The notes: generated by a model from the letters alone, not told the origin. A stretch of DNA of 64,000 nucleotides from an uncultured Burkholderiaceae bacterium (GCA_964476625.1 CAYZBJ010000003.1:26802-90801); one strand, 5' to 3'. Shown: positions 45,082 to 55,088, counted from the first letter of the stretch. Numbers and translations: made by a program.

Positions 45082-46398
45082 ATGCGTCGCCTGATCACCA
45101 TGACCGGAATCGTCACCGTACTGGCGCTGCTCGATGGCTGCGCCACCCCGCCCGACCTGCTGCCCGACCGCGCCACCGCCCACCGGATGGCCGAAGAGCG
45201 CCGGGCGGTTCCCGCCGGCGAGCGCTTCGGCCACCGCAACGCCGGCGACGAACTGAGCACCGGCAACGAGGTCACGTTGCTGGTCGACGGGCCGGCCAAC
45301 TTCGCGGCGATGATCGAAGCCGTCGATGCCGCCCGCGAGCAGGTCGACGTGGAGACCTACATCTTCGAACCGGTGGGCATCGGCGCCCGGCTGATCGAAG
45401 CGCTCGAGCGACGCGCCCGGGCCGGCGTACGGGTGAACCTGATCTACGACAGCATCGGTTCGATGAAGACCCGGCGCGACGTCTTCGCCCGGCTCGAGGC
45501 GCTCGGGATGCGGCTGTGCGAGTTCAACCCGATCAACCCGCTGCAGGCCGTCAATCGCTGGTCGCTGAACCATCGCGATCACCGCAAGATGCTGATCGTC
45601 GACGGCCACACGGCGTTCACCGGCGGACTGAACATCAGCGGGGTCTATTCCTCGAGTTCCAGTGCGGGCTCGTCGCGCCGCCATCATGAAGCCGACGAGC
45701 CACCGTGGCGGGACTCGGGAGTCCGACTGCGCGGACCGGCGGTCGCCCGGCTGCAGCAGCTCTTCGCGCAGACCTGGGCCTCGCAGGGCTGCGGCGACTA
45801 CGCCCCGGTCATCGAGCGCGACCCGGCGCCGGCCGAGCCCGATGCCGAGCGACGGGACGTGCGCATCGTGGCGAGCGGCCCCCAGTCGAACCGGGCCAGC
45901 AACTACGCGGTACTGCGCTCGGCGGTCCTGCTGGCGACCGAGAGGATCTGGCTGACGACCGCGTACTTCGTCCCTGACGACGGGCTCGTCGCCGACCTGT
46001 GCGAAGCGGCCAGGCGCGGCGTCGATGTACGCCTGCTGCTGCCCGGCCCCACCGACGCGGCGCTGGTGCGCTGGGCCGGGCAGGCGCGCTATCCGACGCT
46101 GGTCGAAGCCGGGGTGCGGATCTTCGAGCGCCAGGATGCGCTGCTGCATGCGAAGACCGCGGTCATCGACGGCCACTGGCTGAGCGTCGGCACGGCCAAT
46201 CTCGACTACCGCAGCTTCCTGCACAACGACGAGTTGAGCATCATCGTCATCGACCGGCGCCTTGGCCAGGAAATGGAGGCACTCTTCGAGGCCGACCTCG
46301 AGCATTCGGTCGAGATCGACCCGGCGCGCATCGCCGAACGCGGCCTGCTCGAGCGGGCGCGGGGCTGGTTCGCGAGGCTGTGGGAATACTGGCTCTGA
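45082..46398 (+). CDS. PLD-family cardiolipin synthase-like protein with lipoprotein-type signal
   Basis: ATG 45082 (MRRLITMTGIVTVLALLDGC lipobox). It has two HKD motifs (NHRDHRKMLIVDG and LLHAKTAVIDGHWLSVGTANLD). Confidence 0.8.
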   Translation: MRRLITMTGIVTVLALLDGCATPPDLLPDRATAHRMAEERRAVPAGERFGHRNAGDELSTGNEVTLLVDGPANFAAMIEAVDAAREQVDVETYIFEPVGIGARLIEALERRARAGVRVNLIYDSIGSMKTRRDVFARLEALGMRLCEFNPINPLQAVNRWSLNHRDHRKMLIVDGHTAFTGGLNISGVYSSSSSAGSSRRHHEADEPPWRDSGVRLRGPAVARLQQLFAQTWASQGCGDYAPVIERDPAPAEPDAERRDVRIVASGPQSNRASNYAVLRSAVLLATERIWLTTAYFVPDDGLVADLCEAARRGVDVRLLLPGPTDAALVRWAGQARYPTLVEAGVRIFERQDALLHAKTAVIDGHWLSVGTANLDYRSFLHNDELSIIVIDRRLGQEMEALFEADLEHSVEIDPARIAERGLLERARGWFARLWEYWL

Positions 46399-46456
46399 AG
46401 TGGGCCGCCGCCACGTTCGCCATCGCCCGCTTCGGCCGGGCGCCGCTGGTGCCGCC

Positions 46457-46909
46457 CTAACCCGCGTCGCAGACGATCGCGAGGCGCAGCAGGATCGGTT
46501 CGGTGCCGCCGACCGGCGCCACCAGCGTGTCGACCGACAAGGTATTGCCCGACAAGGTGAACGCCGGCAGGCGGACGCCGTCGAACACCACCCGCCCCTG
46601 GTGGCGGAAGACGACGGCGGCCACCGGCTCGGCGGGCGCCGCGTCGCGGGTGACGGCGACCACCAGGTACCAGCCGTCGCGATTGGCGTCGCCCAGCGCC
46701 GGTTCGAGATCGCCGTCGGACCAGAAGGTGAAGGGTTCGCCCTTGCGGGCGAGGCGACAATACCCGGTCAGCGCGAGGGAAGCATCGCCGATCCGGCCCT
46801 TGAGGCGGGCCTGGCCCGGAGGCTGGGGCTGCGCCACGGCAAAGGTGGCCCATGCGCAGAGGGCGGACACCAGCAGGCAGGCGGCGGTCGGCCGCCAGGA
46901 ACAGGACAT
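46457..46909 (-). CDS. Hypothetical secreted protein
   Basis: ATG 46909 with a GGAG SD. It has the signal peptide MSCSWRPTAACLLVSALCAWATFAVAQ and no recognisable domain. Confidence 0.5.
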   Translation of the reverse strand: MSCSWRPTAACLLVSALCAWATFAVAQPQPPGQARLKGRIGDASLALTGYCRLARKGEPFTFWSDGDLEPALGDANRDGWYLVVAVTRDAAPAEPVAAVVFRHQGRVVFDGVRLPAFTLSGNTLSVDTLVAPVGGTEPILLRLAIVCDAG

Positions 46910-47080
46910 CGAAGATCTCCACCAGCCGGTGCCGGCACTGTTGCGAGTATCGACAGGCGATGCACCGCTCGTCAAATGGCAGCCGTCGCCGCCGGGCGAC
47001 CGGTCGTCGCCGCCTCCCGGCGGCAGCCGGGCCGCGCTGCGAAGATCGAGCGGCTGCCTGTCGCCCGCCACCGGACCCCC

Positions 47081-47851
47081 ATGAAGAACAATCGCCGCAA
47101 CTACTACCGGATCCTGCACGTCCAGCCCGAGGCGCCGGCCGAGATCATCAAGGCGAGCTATCGCACCCTGATGAGCAAGCTCAAGATGCATCCGGATCTC
47201 GGCGGCGACCATGAGCTCGCGAGCCTCGTCAACGAAGCCTATGCAGTCCTGGGCGATCCGCAACGGCGCGCCGCCTACGACCGCGAGATCGGCAATCGGT
47301 CACGCCGGGGACGAGGCGGCACGCGCGCCGAAGCGGCCGGCCAGGGTGCCAGGCGACAGGACTGGCCGGGCGCCACGCCGGCGCCGGGCGCGGCACCCGC
47401 CGGCGCCGCGCAGGCTGCGGCGGACTACGAGGACGGCCACTGCCCCTGGTGCCGTTCGGCGACGCCGCCGACGATCAAGCCCGACACCCGCTGCATGCGC
47501 TGCCGGGCGCCGCTCGCCCGCCCGCCGGGACCGGACGAGCAGGCGCACGAACTCTTCGGCCGCCGCAGCGCGACCCGTCGGCCCCGGGCCAACCTCGCGA
47601 TCATGCAGCGCCTCGACGGCGGTGCGACCCTGTCGGTGCGGCTGCGCGACCTCTCGCTGTCGGGCATCGGCCTGATGACGACCACCGCGGTCCCCGACGG
47701 TACCCGGGTGCGGATCCAGTCGCAGGATTTCGAGGCCGTCGCGGTGATCGTCGACAGCCAGCGCGAGCATGGCGAACACCTGCTGCATGCGCAGCTGCTG
47801 AGCCTGGCGATGGCCCGGCGTACCGGGGTGTTCGTGTCGGAGACGGCCTGA
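47081..47851 (+). CDS. J-domain / CxxC-CxxC zinc-ribbon / PilZ-domain fusion protein
   Basis: ATG 47081. The J domain has HPD (YYRILHV...MHPDLGG...YAVLGD..RRAAYD). CPWC...CMRC follows, then the PilZ c-di-GMP motifs RRSATRR (RxxxR) and DLSLSG (DxSxxG). Confidence 0.8.
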   Translation: MKNNRRNYYRILHVQPEAPAEIIKASYRTLMSKLKMHPDLGGDHELASLVNEAYAVLGDPQRRAAYDREIGNRSRRGRGGTRAEAAGQGARRQDWPGATPAPGAAPAGAAQAAADYEDGHCPWCRSATPPTIKPDTRCMRCRAPLARPPGPDEQAHELFGRRSATRRPRANLAIMQRLDGGATLSVRLRDLSLSGIGLMTTTAVPDGTRVRIQSQDFEAVAVIVDSQREHGEHLLHAQLLSLAMARRTGVFVSETA

Positions 47852-47853
47852 AA

Positions 47854-48582
47854 GTGCAGCGTGAAACCAGGCTCGGCACCGTCGAGGCGGTGCTCGTCGG
47901 GCGCGCGGTGGCATTCGCGCGCGGACGCCCGAGCGCCATCGCGAAGACGCCGTGCCTCGGCCCGGTAGGCGTCGGACACACCGGGCTCGACGGCGACGAG
48001 CAGGGTGACACCCGCTTCCACGGTGGCCCCGACAAGGCAGTGCACGCCTATGCCTTCGAGCACTACCGGCCATGGGCGAACGATCTCGGCCCCCTGCCGG
48101 TGCTCGCCGCCCCGGGCGCCTTTGGCGAGAACCTGAGCACCCTGGGCGTCACCGAAGCCGGCCTCTGCCTCGGCGACCGCCTGCGCATCGGCAGCTCCGT
48201 ATTCGAGATCTCGCAGGCTCGCCAGCCCTGCTGGAAACTCAACGAACGCTTCGGCGTGCCCGACATGGCCAGGCGCGTCCAGGACACGCTCCGGACCGGC
48301 TGGTATTTCCGGGTGCTCGAGACCGGCATCGTCACCGCCGGCGACGACATCGTGCTGGTGGCACGACCGCATGCGGCCTGGCCCCTGGCCCGGCTCATGC
48401 GGCTGCTGTACGGGAGTCCGCCGGACCCGGCAGCACTGCGCGAGGCGCTGCGCCTGCCGCTGGTGCCATCCTGGCGCCAGTTGATCGAGCGCCGGCTCGA
48501 GACCGGCATGACCGAGGACTGGAGCACGCGCATCGACGGGCCGCCCACCACGGACGAAGGCCCCGGACCGCGGCGCGGCTAA
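47854..48582 (+). CDS. MOSC-domain protein (YiiM-like)
   Basis: The GTG start at 47854 lies 9 nt after a GGAGA and 2 nt after the preceding stop. It has SAIAK.P, GL.GDEQ.D...HGGPDKAV, FGENL and the MOSC cysteine motif ISQARQPCWKL. Confidence 0.8.
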   Translation: MQRETRLGTVEAVLVGRAVAFARGRPSAIAKTPCLGPVGVGHTGLDGDEQGDTRFHGGPDKAVHAYAFEHYRPWANDLGPLPVLAAPGAFGENLSTLGVTEAGLCLGDRLRIGSSVFEISQARQPCWKLNERFGVPDMARRVQDTLRTGWYFRVLETGIVTAGDDIVLVARPHAAWPLARLMRLLYGSPPDPAALREALRLPLVPSWRQLIERRLETGMTEDWSTRIDGPPTTDEGPGPRRG

Positions 48583-49436
48583 CTGCGCTTGCCGTCGCTC
48601 CTGGGCGTGACGCTGCTGCTCGCGTCGGTGCCGGAGGAAGCGCCGGCGTCGACCGGCAGGATCACGCCGGTGATCCAGCGGGCCGCATCGCTCGCCAGGA
48701 AGCAGACGGCTTCGGCGACATCCCAGGCCGTGCCCTCGGTCTGCAGCAGCGAGGCAAGCCGGCGGCGCTCGCGCAGTTCGTCGGTCATGCCGCGCGATGC
48801 CACCATCGGCGTGTAGACCATGCCGGGCGCCACGCAGTTGACCCGGATGCCCTCGGTGCCGTGCTGGGCGGCCATCGCGCGGGTGAGGTTGATCACCGCG
48901 CCCTTGGCGGTCGGGTAGAGCAGGCTGGGGTGGCCACCACGAAAGCCCGCGACCGACGCCATGTTGACGATGGCACCGCGACCACCCGTGCGCATCGCGG
49001 GAATCGCGAACTTCGCCATCAGCATCATCGAGCCGACATCGACCCGCATGGCGTGGTCCCATGCCTCGAGGTCAACATCGACCGCATTGCCCGGCGGGCC
49101 GCTGATGCCGACATTGTTGACCAGCACGTCGAGCCGGCCCCAGCGACCGACCGCATCGGCGACCAGCGCCTCGCAGTCCCCGGGCCGGGAAACATCGGCC
49201 GCAAGCGCCGCCGCTTCGCCACCGGCATCGCGAATGCGCTGCACCGTGTCGCGCGCCGCATCGACATCGAGGTCGGCGACCAGCACCTTCGCGCCGCGCA
49301 TCGCCAACAGCATGGCGCTTGCGCGGCCGTTGCCGACGCCGGCGCTGCGCGAGCCGCCGCCGGTGACGATCGCCACCCGACCCTCGAGGCGAATGCTGGC
49401 GTCGCCGTCGTAGGCGGTGTCATCCGTCATGGGCAT
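48579..49436 (-). CDS. SDR-family oxidoreductase
   Basis: ATG 49436 with a GAGGAG SD. It has TGGGS..GVG, NNVG and YPTAKGA. Confidence 0.85.
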   Translation of the reverse strand: MPMTDDTAYDGDASIRLEGRVAIVTGGGSRSAGVGNGRASAMLLAMRGAKVLVADLDVDAARDTVQRIRDAGGEAAALAADVSRPGDCEALVADAVGRWGRLDVLVNNVGISGPPGNAVDVDLEAWDHAMRVDVGSMMLMAKFAIPAMRTGGRGAIVNMASVAGFRGGHPSLLYPTAKGAVINLTRAMAAQHGTEGIRVNCVAPGMVYTPMVASRGMTDELRERRRLASLLQTEGTAWDVAEAVCFLASDAARWITGVILPVDAGASSGTDASSSVTPRSDGKRS

Positions 49437-49537
49437 CTCATCTCCTCGCAATCGACGGACACTAGCATGACACGACGACTGATCGCGGCACGGGGCCGGG
49501 AGCGTGTCCCGGAGCGACAACCGATCTGGATCAGAGT

Positions 49538-50380
49538 TCAGCGAGTGCCGAAAGCCGCCATGCCGGCGGTGCGCGAACCGTTCACCGCCGCGACCAGGAA
49601 CTCGCGCACGGCCGTCCCGGCAATCGTGTAGGTGAAGCCGACGCCGGTGATCGTCTGGTTCGGCAGGGTGCAGGACGGGCCGAAATCCACCCTGAGGTCG
49701 AAGACGTTCGTACCCGCGGGCCGCGGGGCGACGATGCCGGTGAACTCGCATCGCGGACCGCCGGGATTACTGCTGTCGTAGCCGCTGAAGCTGCCATCGA
49801 CTTCGACGGTCAGGTTGACCGGCGTGCCGTCGGTGAGGTGCATCGGCCAGAGCCCCAGGATGTCCTCCAGCGAAGCCGGCGCCTCGTAGTCATAGCTCGT
49901 CGCCGGGATCGGCGTGCCGGAGAACGCCATCGTCCAATCAGGGAAGGTGGCGACGCCCATGACCGACTGGGTCGTGTAGTTCGCCTCCAGGGTGCCCGAC
50001 GGGACCGGCAGGAGACCGAAGAAGTCGCGTGCGTTCGCGGAACTGAACTTGCCGTTGGCGGAAACACCCGATCCATGCACGAAGCCGCCGACGGCGAAGC
50101 CGCTGCCGACCTCGGCGCCGTAGAGGGCCCAGTATTCCCCATCGTCGAGCACGAGCAGCCTGGTGTCGCCCCGCTCGGCGCCGATCTCGAAGGGGCCCGA
50201 CCAGGCGCCCTCGAGCCTGGGCGGCGGATCATCCGGCCCACCGGGCAGGCCGGGATTGATACCACCGTTCCCGCCCTCGCCACCGGCGCCGCCGCCCCCG
50301 CATGCCGAGAGCGCCAGCGCGGCGACCGCCGCCAGCCCAAAGGCCACCATCCTGTTTCCGACTGCGGACATCCGTGTCAT
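49538..50380 (-). CDS. Hypothetical lipoprotein
   Basis: ATG 50380 (or 50371). It has the lipobox ALALSAC followed by a Gly-rich linker and no recognisable domain. Confidence 0.55.
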   Translation of the reverse strand: MTRMSAVGNRMVAFGLAAVAALALSACGGGGAGGEGGNGGINPGLPGGPDDPPPRLEGAWSGPFEIGAERGDTRLLVLDDGEYWALYGAEVGSGFAVGGFVHGSGVSANGKFSSANARDFFGLLPVPSGTLEANYTTQSVMGVATFPDWTMAFSGTPIPATSYDYEAPASLEDILGLWPMHLTDGTPVNLTVEVDGSFSGYDSSNPGGPRCEFTGIVAPRPAGTNVFDLRVDFGPSCTLPNQTITGVGFTYTIAGTAVREFLVAAVNGSRTAGMAAFGTR

Positions 50381-50466
50381 CCCCTGGTTCGATTCCCGCC
50401 GATGATCGCGCAGTATCGGCCCCCCGCCTAGCGATACACGCCCGAAGGCCACGCCGGGGTGCGGGA

Positions 50467-51153
50467 TCAGGGCTCGGGTTCGCCCACCACCCGCGCGACG
50501 AGGAAGGCCTGGCCGCCCGCCTCGAGCCGGGCGCCGGCCTGCGGATCATGCAGCGCCTCGAGGAAGGCGGAGTCGAGGTCGTACACGCGCGGATCGATGC
50601 CGGCGGCCGCGCTGGCGCGCCGGAAGCCGGCCGTGGCACCGTAGCCGGCTTCGCTCAGGGCGTCGATGCCGGTGTCGATGAAGCCCTGGTTGTCCGGCGC
50701 CTCGAAGGAGGAGCGGCATTGCCCGACGTCGGTCGAGTGATAGTTCCGGCACAGCGCCGGACGCACTTCGTACACCGAGCAGGCGGAATCGACCAGGAAG
50801 GGGCAGGGCTGGTTGCTCGCGCGATGCTCGGCGTACGACAGCCCGGCCGCCGCGCGCGCGTTGTCGGTCGCCCGCGCAACGATCGCCTCGCGCCGCGACG
50901 GCGCGAAGGCGGCGACGTGCCCGGCGATCGCGAGCACCTCGGGCGCGGTCGCCTCGACCTTGAAATGACAGCACCAGGCGCAGCCGGAGCGGCAGTCGGG
51001 CTCGATCGGCGACATCGCCCTCGCGTCGGCGGTGACGCGCTCATGGCGATCGTAGAAGCGCAGCAGTGCCCAGCCGGGCGAGCCGTTGCGCAACTGGGCT
51101 GCCGCAAGGGCCGCCTCGGTGCGGGCGTAGGACGCAGCGTGTTCTGGATTCAT
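50467..51153 (-). CDS. YkgJ-family (CxxCxxCC) Fe-S/zinc cluster protein
   Basis: ATG 51153. It has the cysteine cluster C.SGCAWCC plus the downstream CPFL...C.VY..RP..CR. Confidence 0.65.
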   Translation of the reverse strand: MNPEHAASYARTEAALAAAQLRNGSPGWALLRFYDRHERVTADARAMSPIEPDCRSGCAWCCHFKVEATAPEVLAIAGHVAAFAPSRREAIVARATDNARAAAGLSYAEHRASNQPCPFLVDSACSVYEVRPALCRNYHSTDVGQCRSSFEAPDNQGFIDTGIDALSEAGYGATAGFRRASAAAGIDPRVYDLDSAFLEALHDPQAGARLEAGGQAFLVARVVGEPEP

Positions 51154-51201
51154 CCCGGACCTCGATGCGTGGCCGACCAGCATACAGGGGTCGGCGGCGC
51201 A

Positions 51202-51867
51202 TCACCGCACCGGGGGCGCTCCGGGCCGTGAACCAGCGCCCTCGAGACCATGGAATACCGCCAGCGAGGCATAGGCGTCGTTGGCGGCATAGAGCAGTTG
51301 CGCCGGGCGCAGTTGCGACAGGGCCCAGTTCGAGGTGGTCGCGGACTTGGGCTTGCGCAGGCGCCGGCCGAGCACGATCGCGACTGCCGCCTTGAGCCCG
51401 ACGTCGTTCCGGTAGCCGGCCTCGCGCAGGCGCCGCCCGATGTCGACCGAGGCGCCAAGCGCGATGCCGGTCTTGGCGAGCAGCGGGCCGCGGTCCGAGC
51501 GCAGGCCGAAGCCTACCTTGACGATGTCGTCGGACTGCAGCACCGCGCGCAGGAATTCGCCCGGCATTCCGGGCGCGACCTGGATGATGAAAGCCTCTTC
51601 GAGGGTCGCGAGCTGCACCACATGCGGCCCCTCGTTCGGCTGGCCGCGCACGAAGACCGGCTTCGACTCAGTATCGAAACCGACGTGCCGGGCTTGTGCG
51701 AGGACGCGCTCGGCATACGCCGCCTGGGCCTCGTCGCGCACCAGGTGGATGCGCTCGAGCGGCAGGCCCGCGAACTCCGGCATCTGCGCCACCGCCTCGC
51801 GCGAGGGTCGCAGCAGTGGCGTCGCGCGCTCTTGCGGCACCAGCTCGGCGCTCGCGTTCGATTTCAT
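51202..51867 (-). CDS. 3'-5' exonuclease (DEDDy, RNase D-like domain)
   Basis: ATG 51867 (alternative 51909). It has the Exo motifs FDTES, the middle block KVGFG...D, and YAANDAYAS. Confidence 0.75.
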   Translation of the reverse strand: MKSNASAELVPQERATPLLRPSREAVAQMPEFAGLPLERIHLVRDEAQAAYAERVLAQARHVGFDTESKPVFVRGQPNEGPHVVQLATLEEAFIIQVAPGMPGEFLRAVLQSDDIVKVGFGLRSDRGPLLAKTGIALGASVDIGRRLREAGYRNDVGLKAAVAIVLGRRLRKPKSATTSNWALSQLRPAQLLYAANDAYASLAVFHGLEGAGSRPGAPPVR

Positions 51868-51987
51868 GGATGGGTTCCCGGATGGCGCCGCTTCGTGCCG
51901 GCGGCTCATGGAAGCGAAGCATAACGGACAAGCGCCCTCGCCTGCGGCCCGGCGAAGAACGACGCACAATGCGGACTGGAGGATGCC

Positions 51988-53019
51988 ATGGCCTGCCCAC
52001 CCGAAAGACCGTTCCACCCGCCAGCCGATCCGCGCTGGCAGGCATTGCATTCGGAACCCGCGCTCGAGCCGGCCCTCGAGATCGTCGATGCCCACCATCA
52101 CCTCTTCGATCGGCCGGGCTCACGCTACCGCCTCGAGGAATTGCTCGCCGATTTCGCCGGCGGCCACCGCATCCGCGCCTCGGTCTACCTGCAGTGCGGC
52201 GAGCAATACCTGCGCGAGGGGCCGACGCACCTGCGTCCGGTCGGCGAGACCCGTTTCGTCGACGCCGCAGCCCGCCGCAGCCTGCACCTGACCGAAGGCG
52301 CGGTGCATGCCTGCGCGGCCGTCGTCGGCTTCGCCGACCTCGCGGCAGGCGCCGCGGTCGACGAAGTCCTCGAAGCGCACCTGCAGGCTGCTCCGACCCG
52401 GTTTCGCGGCATCCGCCACGGCCTGTCGACCGATCCCGACCCCGCCTACGCCCGCTCGGGCCCGCGCCCCGCGCCGGGGCTGATGGCCGCGCCTGCGTTC
52501 CGGGAGGGCTTCGCGCGGCTCGCGCCCCACGGCCTGTCCTTCGATGCCTGGCTCTACCATCCGCAGATTCCCGAACTGGTCGAACTCGCCCGCGCCTTCC
52601 CCGGCACCACGATCGTGCTCAACCATGTCGGCGGCCCACTCGGCCTCGGCCGCTACGCCGGCCGTCGCGACGAGGTATTCGCGCAGTGGCGGGCATCGAT
52701 CGCAACGCTCGCGACCTGCCCGAACGTGGTGGTCAAGCTCGGCGGCCTCGGCATGCGCCTGACCGGCCTCGGCTTCGAGGAAGGGGCGAAGCCGCCCGAC
52801 TCGACGACCTTGGCCACCGCCTGGAAACCCTGGATCGAAACCTGCATCGAGGCCTTCGGCGCCGAGCGGGCGATGTTCGAGAGCAACTTCCCGGTCGATG
52901 GCTGCTCATGCAGCTATGGCGTGCTCTGGAACGCCTTCAAGCGGCTCGCCGCCGGCGCATCGGCCGACGAGAAGGCCGCCCTCTTCGAGCGAACGGCCCG
53001 GCAGGTCTACCGGATCTGA
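51988..53019 (+). CDS. Amidohydrolase-2 family metal-dependent hydrolase
   Basis: GGAGGA SD. It has the IVDAHHHLF metal-binding start, NHVGGP, and the C-terminal FESNFPVD. Confidence 0.8.
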   Translation: MACPPERPFHPPADPRWQALHSEPALEPALEIVDAHHHLFDRPGSRYRLEELLADFAGGHRIRASVYLQCGEQYLREGPTHLRPVGETRFVDAAARRSLHLTEGAVHACAAVVGFADLAAGAAVDEVLEAHLQAAPTRFRGIRHGLSTDPDPAYARSGPRPAPGLMAAPAFREGFARLAPHGLSFDAWLYHPQIPELVELARAFPGTTIVLNHVGGPLGLGRYAGRRDEVFAQWRASIATLATCPNVVVKLGGLGMRLTGLGFEEGAKPPDSTTLATAWKPWIETCIEAFGAERAMFESNFPVDGCSCSYGVLWNAFKRLAAGASADEKAALFERTARQVYRI

Positions 53020-53101
53020 CCGGGACCGCCAGCAGGGCATTGCGGGAGCACCGCGCCTCCCTTGTCGATACCGAACCACCGAGAACTCCGGAGATTCAAG
53101 C

Positions 53102-53971
53102 ATGTCAGACGGCACCGAATACGTCCCACCGAAAGTCTGGACCTGGAACAAGGCCAGCGGCGGACGCTTCGCCAACATCAACCGGCCGATCGCCGGGCCG
53201 ACCCATGAGCATGAACTGCCGGTCGGCAAGCACCCGCTCCAGCTCTACTCGCTCGCCACGCCCAATGGCGTCAAGGTCACGGTGATGCTCGAGGAGCTGC
53301 TCGCCGCCGGCCACGCGGGCGCCGAGTACGATGCCTGGCCGATTCGCATCAGCGAGGGCGACCAGTTCGGCAGCGGTTTCGTCGCGGCCAACCCGAACTC
53401 GAAGATCCCGGCACTGGTCGATCGTAGCGGGCCGGAGCCGATCCGGGTGTTCGAGTCGGGCGCGATCCTGGTCCACCTCGCCGAGAAGTTCGGCGCCTTC
53501 CTGCCGACCGAGCCCGCCCGGCGGGCCGAATGCCTGTCCTGGCTGTTCTGGCAGATGGGCAGCGCGCCCTACCTCGGCGGCGGCTTCGGCCACTTCTACG
53601 CCTACGCCCCCTTCAAGATCGAGTACGCGATCGACCGCTTCGCGATGGAGACCAAGCGCCAGCTCGATGTGCTCGACCGCCGGCTCGCCGAAGTCGAGTA
53701 CCTCGGCGGCGATGACTACACGATCGCCGACATGGCCGTCTGGCCCTGGTATGGCGCGCTGGCCAAGGGCCTGGTCTACGGCGCCGGCGAATTCCTGTCG
53801 GTGCACGAGTACAAGAACGTGCAGCGCTGGACCGACCAGATCGCCAAACGCCCGCCCGTCAAGCGCGGCCGGATGGTCAATCGACTGGTCGGCGACCCGG
53901 CGAGCCAGCTCCACGAACGCCACGACGCCAGCGACTTCGAGACCCGGACCCAGGACAAGCTGAACCCGTAG
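53102..53971 (+). CDS. yghU: Nu-class glutathione S-transferase (YghU-like)
   Basis: ATG 53102. The N-terminal YVPPKVWTW......FANINRP.AG and LQLYSL.TPNG.KV resemble YghU/YfcG-type GSTs; length is 289 aa. Confidence 0.75.
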   Translation: MSDGTEYVPPKVWTWNKASGGRFANINRPIAGPTHEHELPVGKHPLQLYSLATPNGVKVTVMLEELLAAGHAGAEYDAWPIRISEGDQFGSGFVAANPNSKIPALVDRSGPEPIRVFESGAILVHLAEKFGAFLPTEPARRAECLSWLFWQMGSAPYLGGGFGHFYAYAPFKIEYAIDRFAMETKRQLDVLDRRLAEVEYLGGDDYTIADMAVWPWYGALAKGLVYGAGEFLSVHEYKNVQRWTDQIAKRPPVKRGRMVNRLVGDPASQLHERHDASDFETRTQDKLNP

Positions 53972-53995
53972 GAGGCGGCTGGCTGCGCGCCGGAT

Positions 53996-54991
53996 TCAGG
54001 CGGCGGCGACCGTATCGGACACATCGCCCAGGCACCCCAGCCCGACCAGGGTGGCCTCGACCGCCTCGTCCAGGGGCGTGTGCGGCTCCGTGCCGAGCAC
54101 GCCGAGCAGGCGGGAGTTGTCGAGGCGTAGCGGCTCATGCCAGAAGCGCCGGACCTCGCGCATTTCGCGCAGGCTTTCGTTGAACGGTGCGAGCAGCGGC
54201 ACCAGCCACCAGGGAAACGCGGCGACACCCGGCTCGCGGCCGATGCGCCGCCCGACGACCCGGCGAATCGACGCCACCATGGCCTGGCCGTCCGGATCCC
54301 AGTGGCCGGCCATGTGGAAGCGCGCGAAGGGCTCGAGAACCTCGGCCCGATCGAGCAGCCGCGCCATGGTGCGCGCGACGTCGGGCAGGTAGCCCCACTG
54401 GTGGCCGACGCCGGGCCGGCCCGGATAGCGCAGGGTGCGCACCGGCCGGCCCGGCCTGAGCATCGCCTGCGCGAACCAGCTGCTGGCGACCTGCGGGCCG
54501 AAGTAGTCACCCGCTCGCACGACCAGGGCGCGACCACGCCCCGATTCGGCGAAGGAACGTAGCCGGGCTTCCATCTCGACCCGGATCGCGCCCTTCGGAC
54601 CGAGGGGATGCTGGCAGGCGTCCTCGTCGGCCAGCACGGGCACGTCCGGCCCGTAGTTGTAGATCGTGCCCGGCAACAGGACCGTCGCGCCTTCGGCGCC
54701 GGCCGCCGCCAGGGTGTTGTCGAGCATCGGCAGCACCAGTTCACCCCAGCGCCGATAGCCCGGCGGGTTGACGGCATGGGCGATCACCGCGCACCCCTGG
54801 GCTGCCAGCCCGACCGCGGAGCGGTCGAGCGCATCGCCGGCGAGCCAGTCGATACCGTCGCGTCGGCCCGGGCGCGCCTTGCGATTCATGGCCCGCACCG
54901 ACCAGCCGCGGTCGCGAAGCTGCCGCGCCAGTTCACCGCCGATGCCACCGCTGGCGCCGAGGACCAGGGCCGTTCGCATTGCCTTCGTCAT
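53996..54991 (-). CDS. NAD(P)-binding epimerase/dehydratase-family protein
   Basis: ATG 54991 with an AAGGAGAG SD. It has the Rossmann motif VLGASGGIG. Confidence 0.75.
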   Translation of the reverse strand: MTKAMRTALVLGASGGIGGELARQLRDRGWSVRAMNRKARPGRRDGIDWLAGDALDRSAVGLAAQGCAVIAHAVNPPGYRRWGELVLPMLDNTLAAAGAEGATVLLPGTIYNYGPDVPVLADEDACQHPLGPKGAIRVEMEARLRSFAESGRGRALVVRAGDYFGPQVASSWFAQAMLRPGRPVRTLRYPGRPGVGHQWGYLPDVARTMARLLDRAEVLEPFARFHMAGHWDPDGQAMVASIRRVVGRRIGREPGVAAFPWWLVPLLAPFNESLREMREVRRFWHEPLRLDNSRLLGVLGTEPHTPLDEAVEATLVGLGCLGDVSDTVAAA

Positions 54992-55051
54992 GCCTGCTCT
55001 CCTTCGAGCGGTTTCGATGGGGAAATTCTGGTCTCGGACGGGTAGGAATGA

Positions 55052-55066
55052 AATTGCCGAAAGCAA
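55052..55066. promoter_or_regulatory. LysR-type T-N11-A box (ATTGC-N5-GCAAT)
   Basis: The perfect dyad ATTGCCGAAAGCAAT lies in the 97-bp divergent region between the LysR gene and the epimerase-like gene. Confidence 0.45.
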
Positions 55067-55088
55067 TCGATCGGATATACATTTCTGC

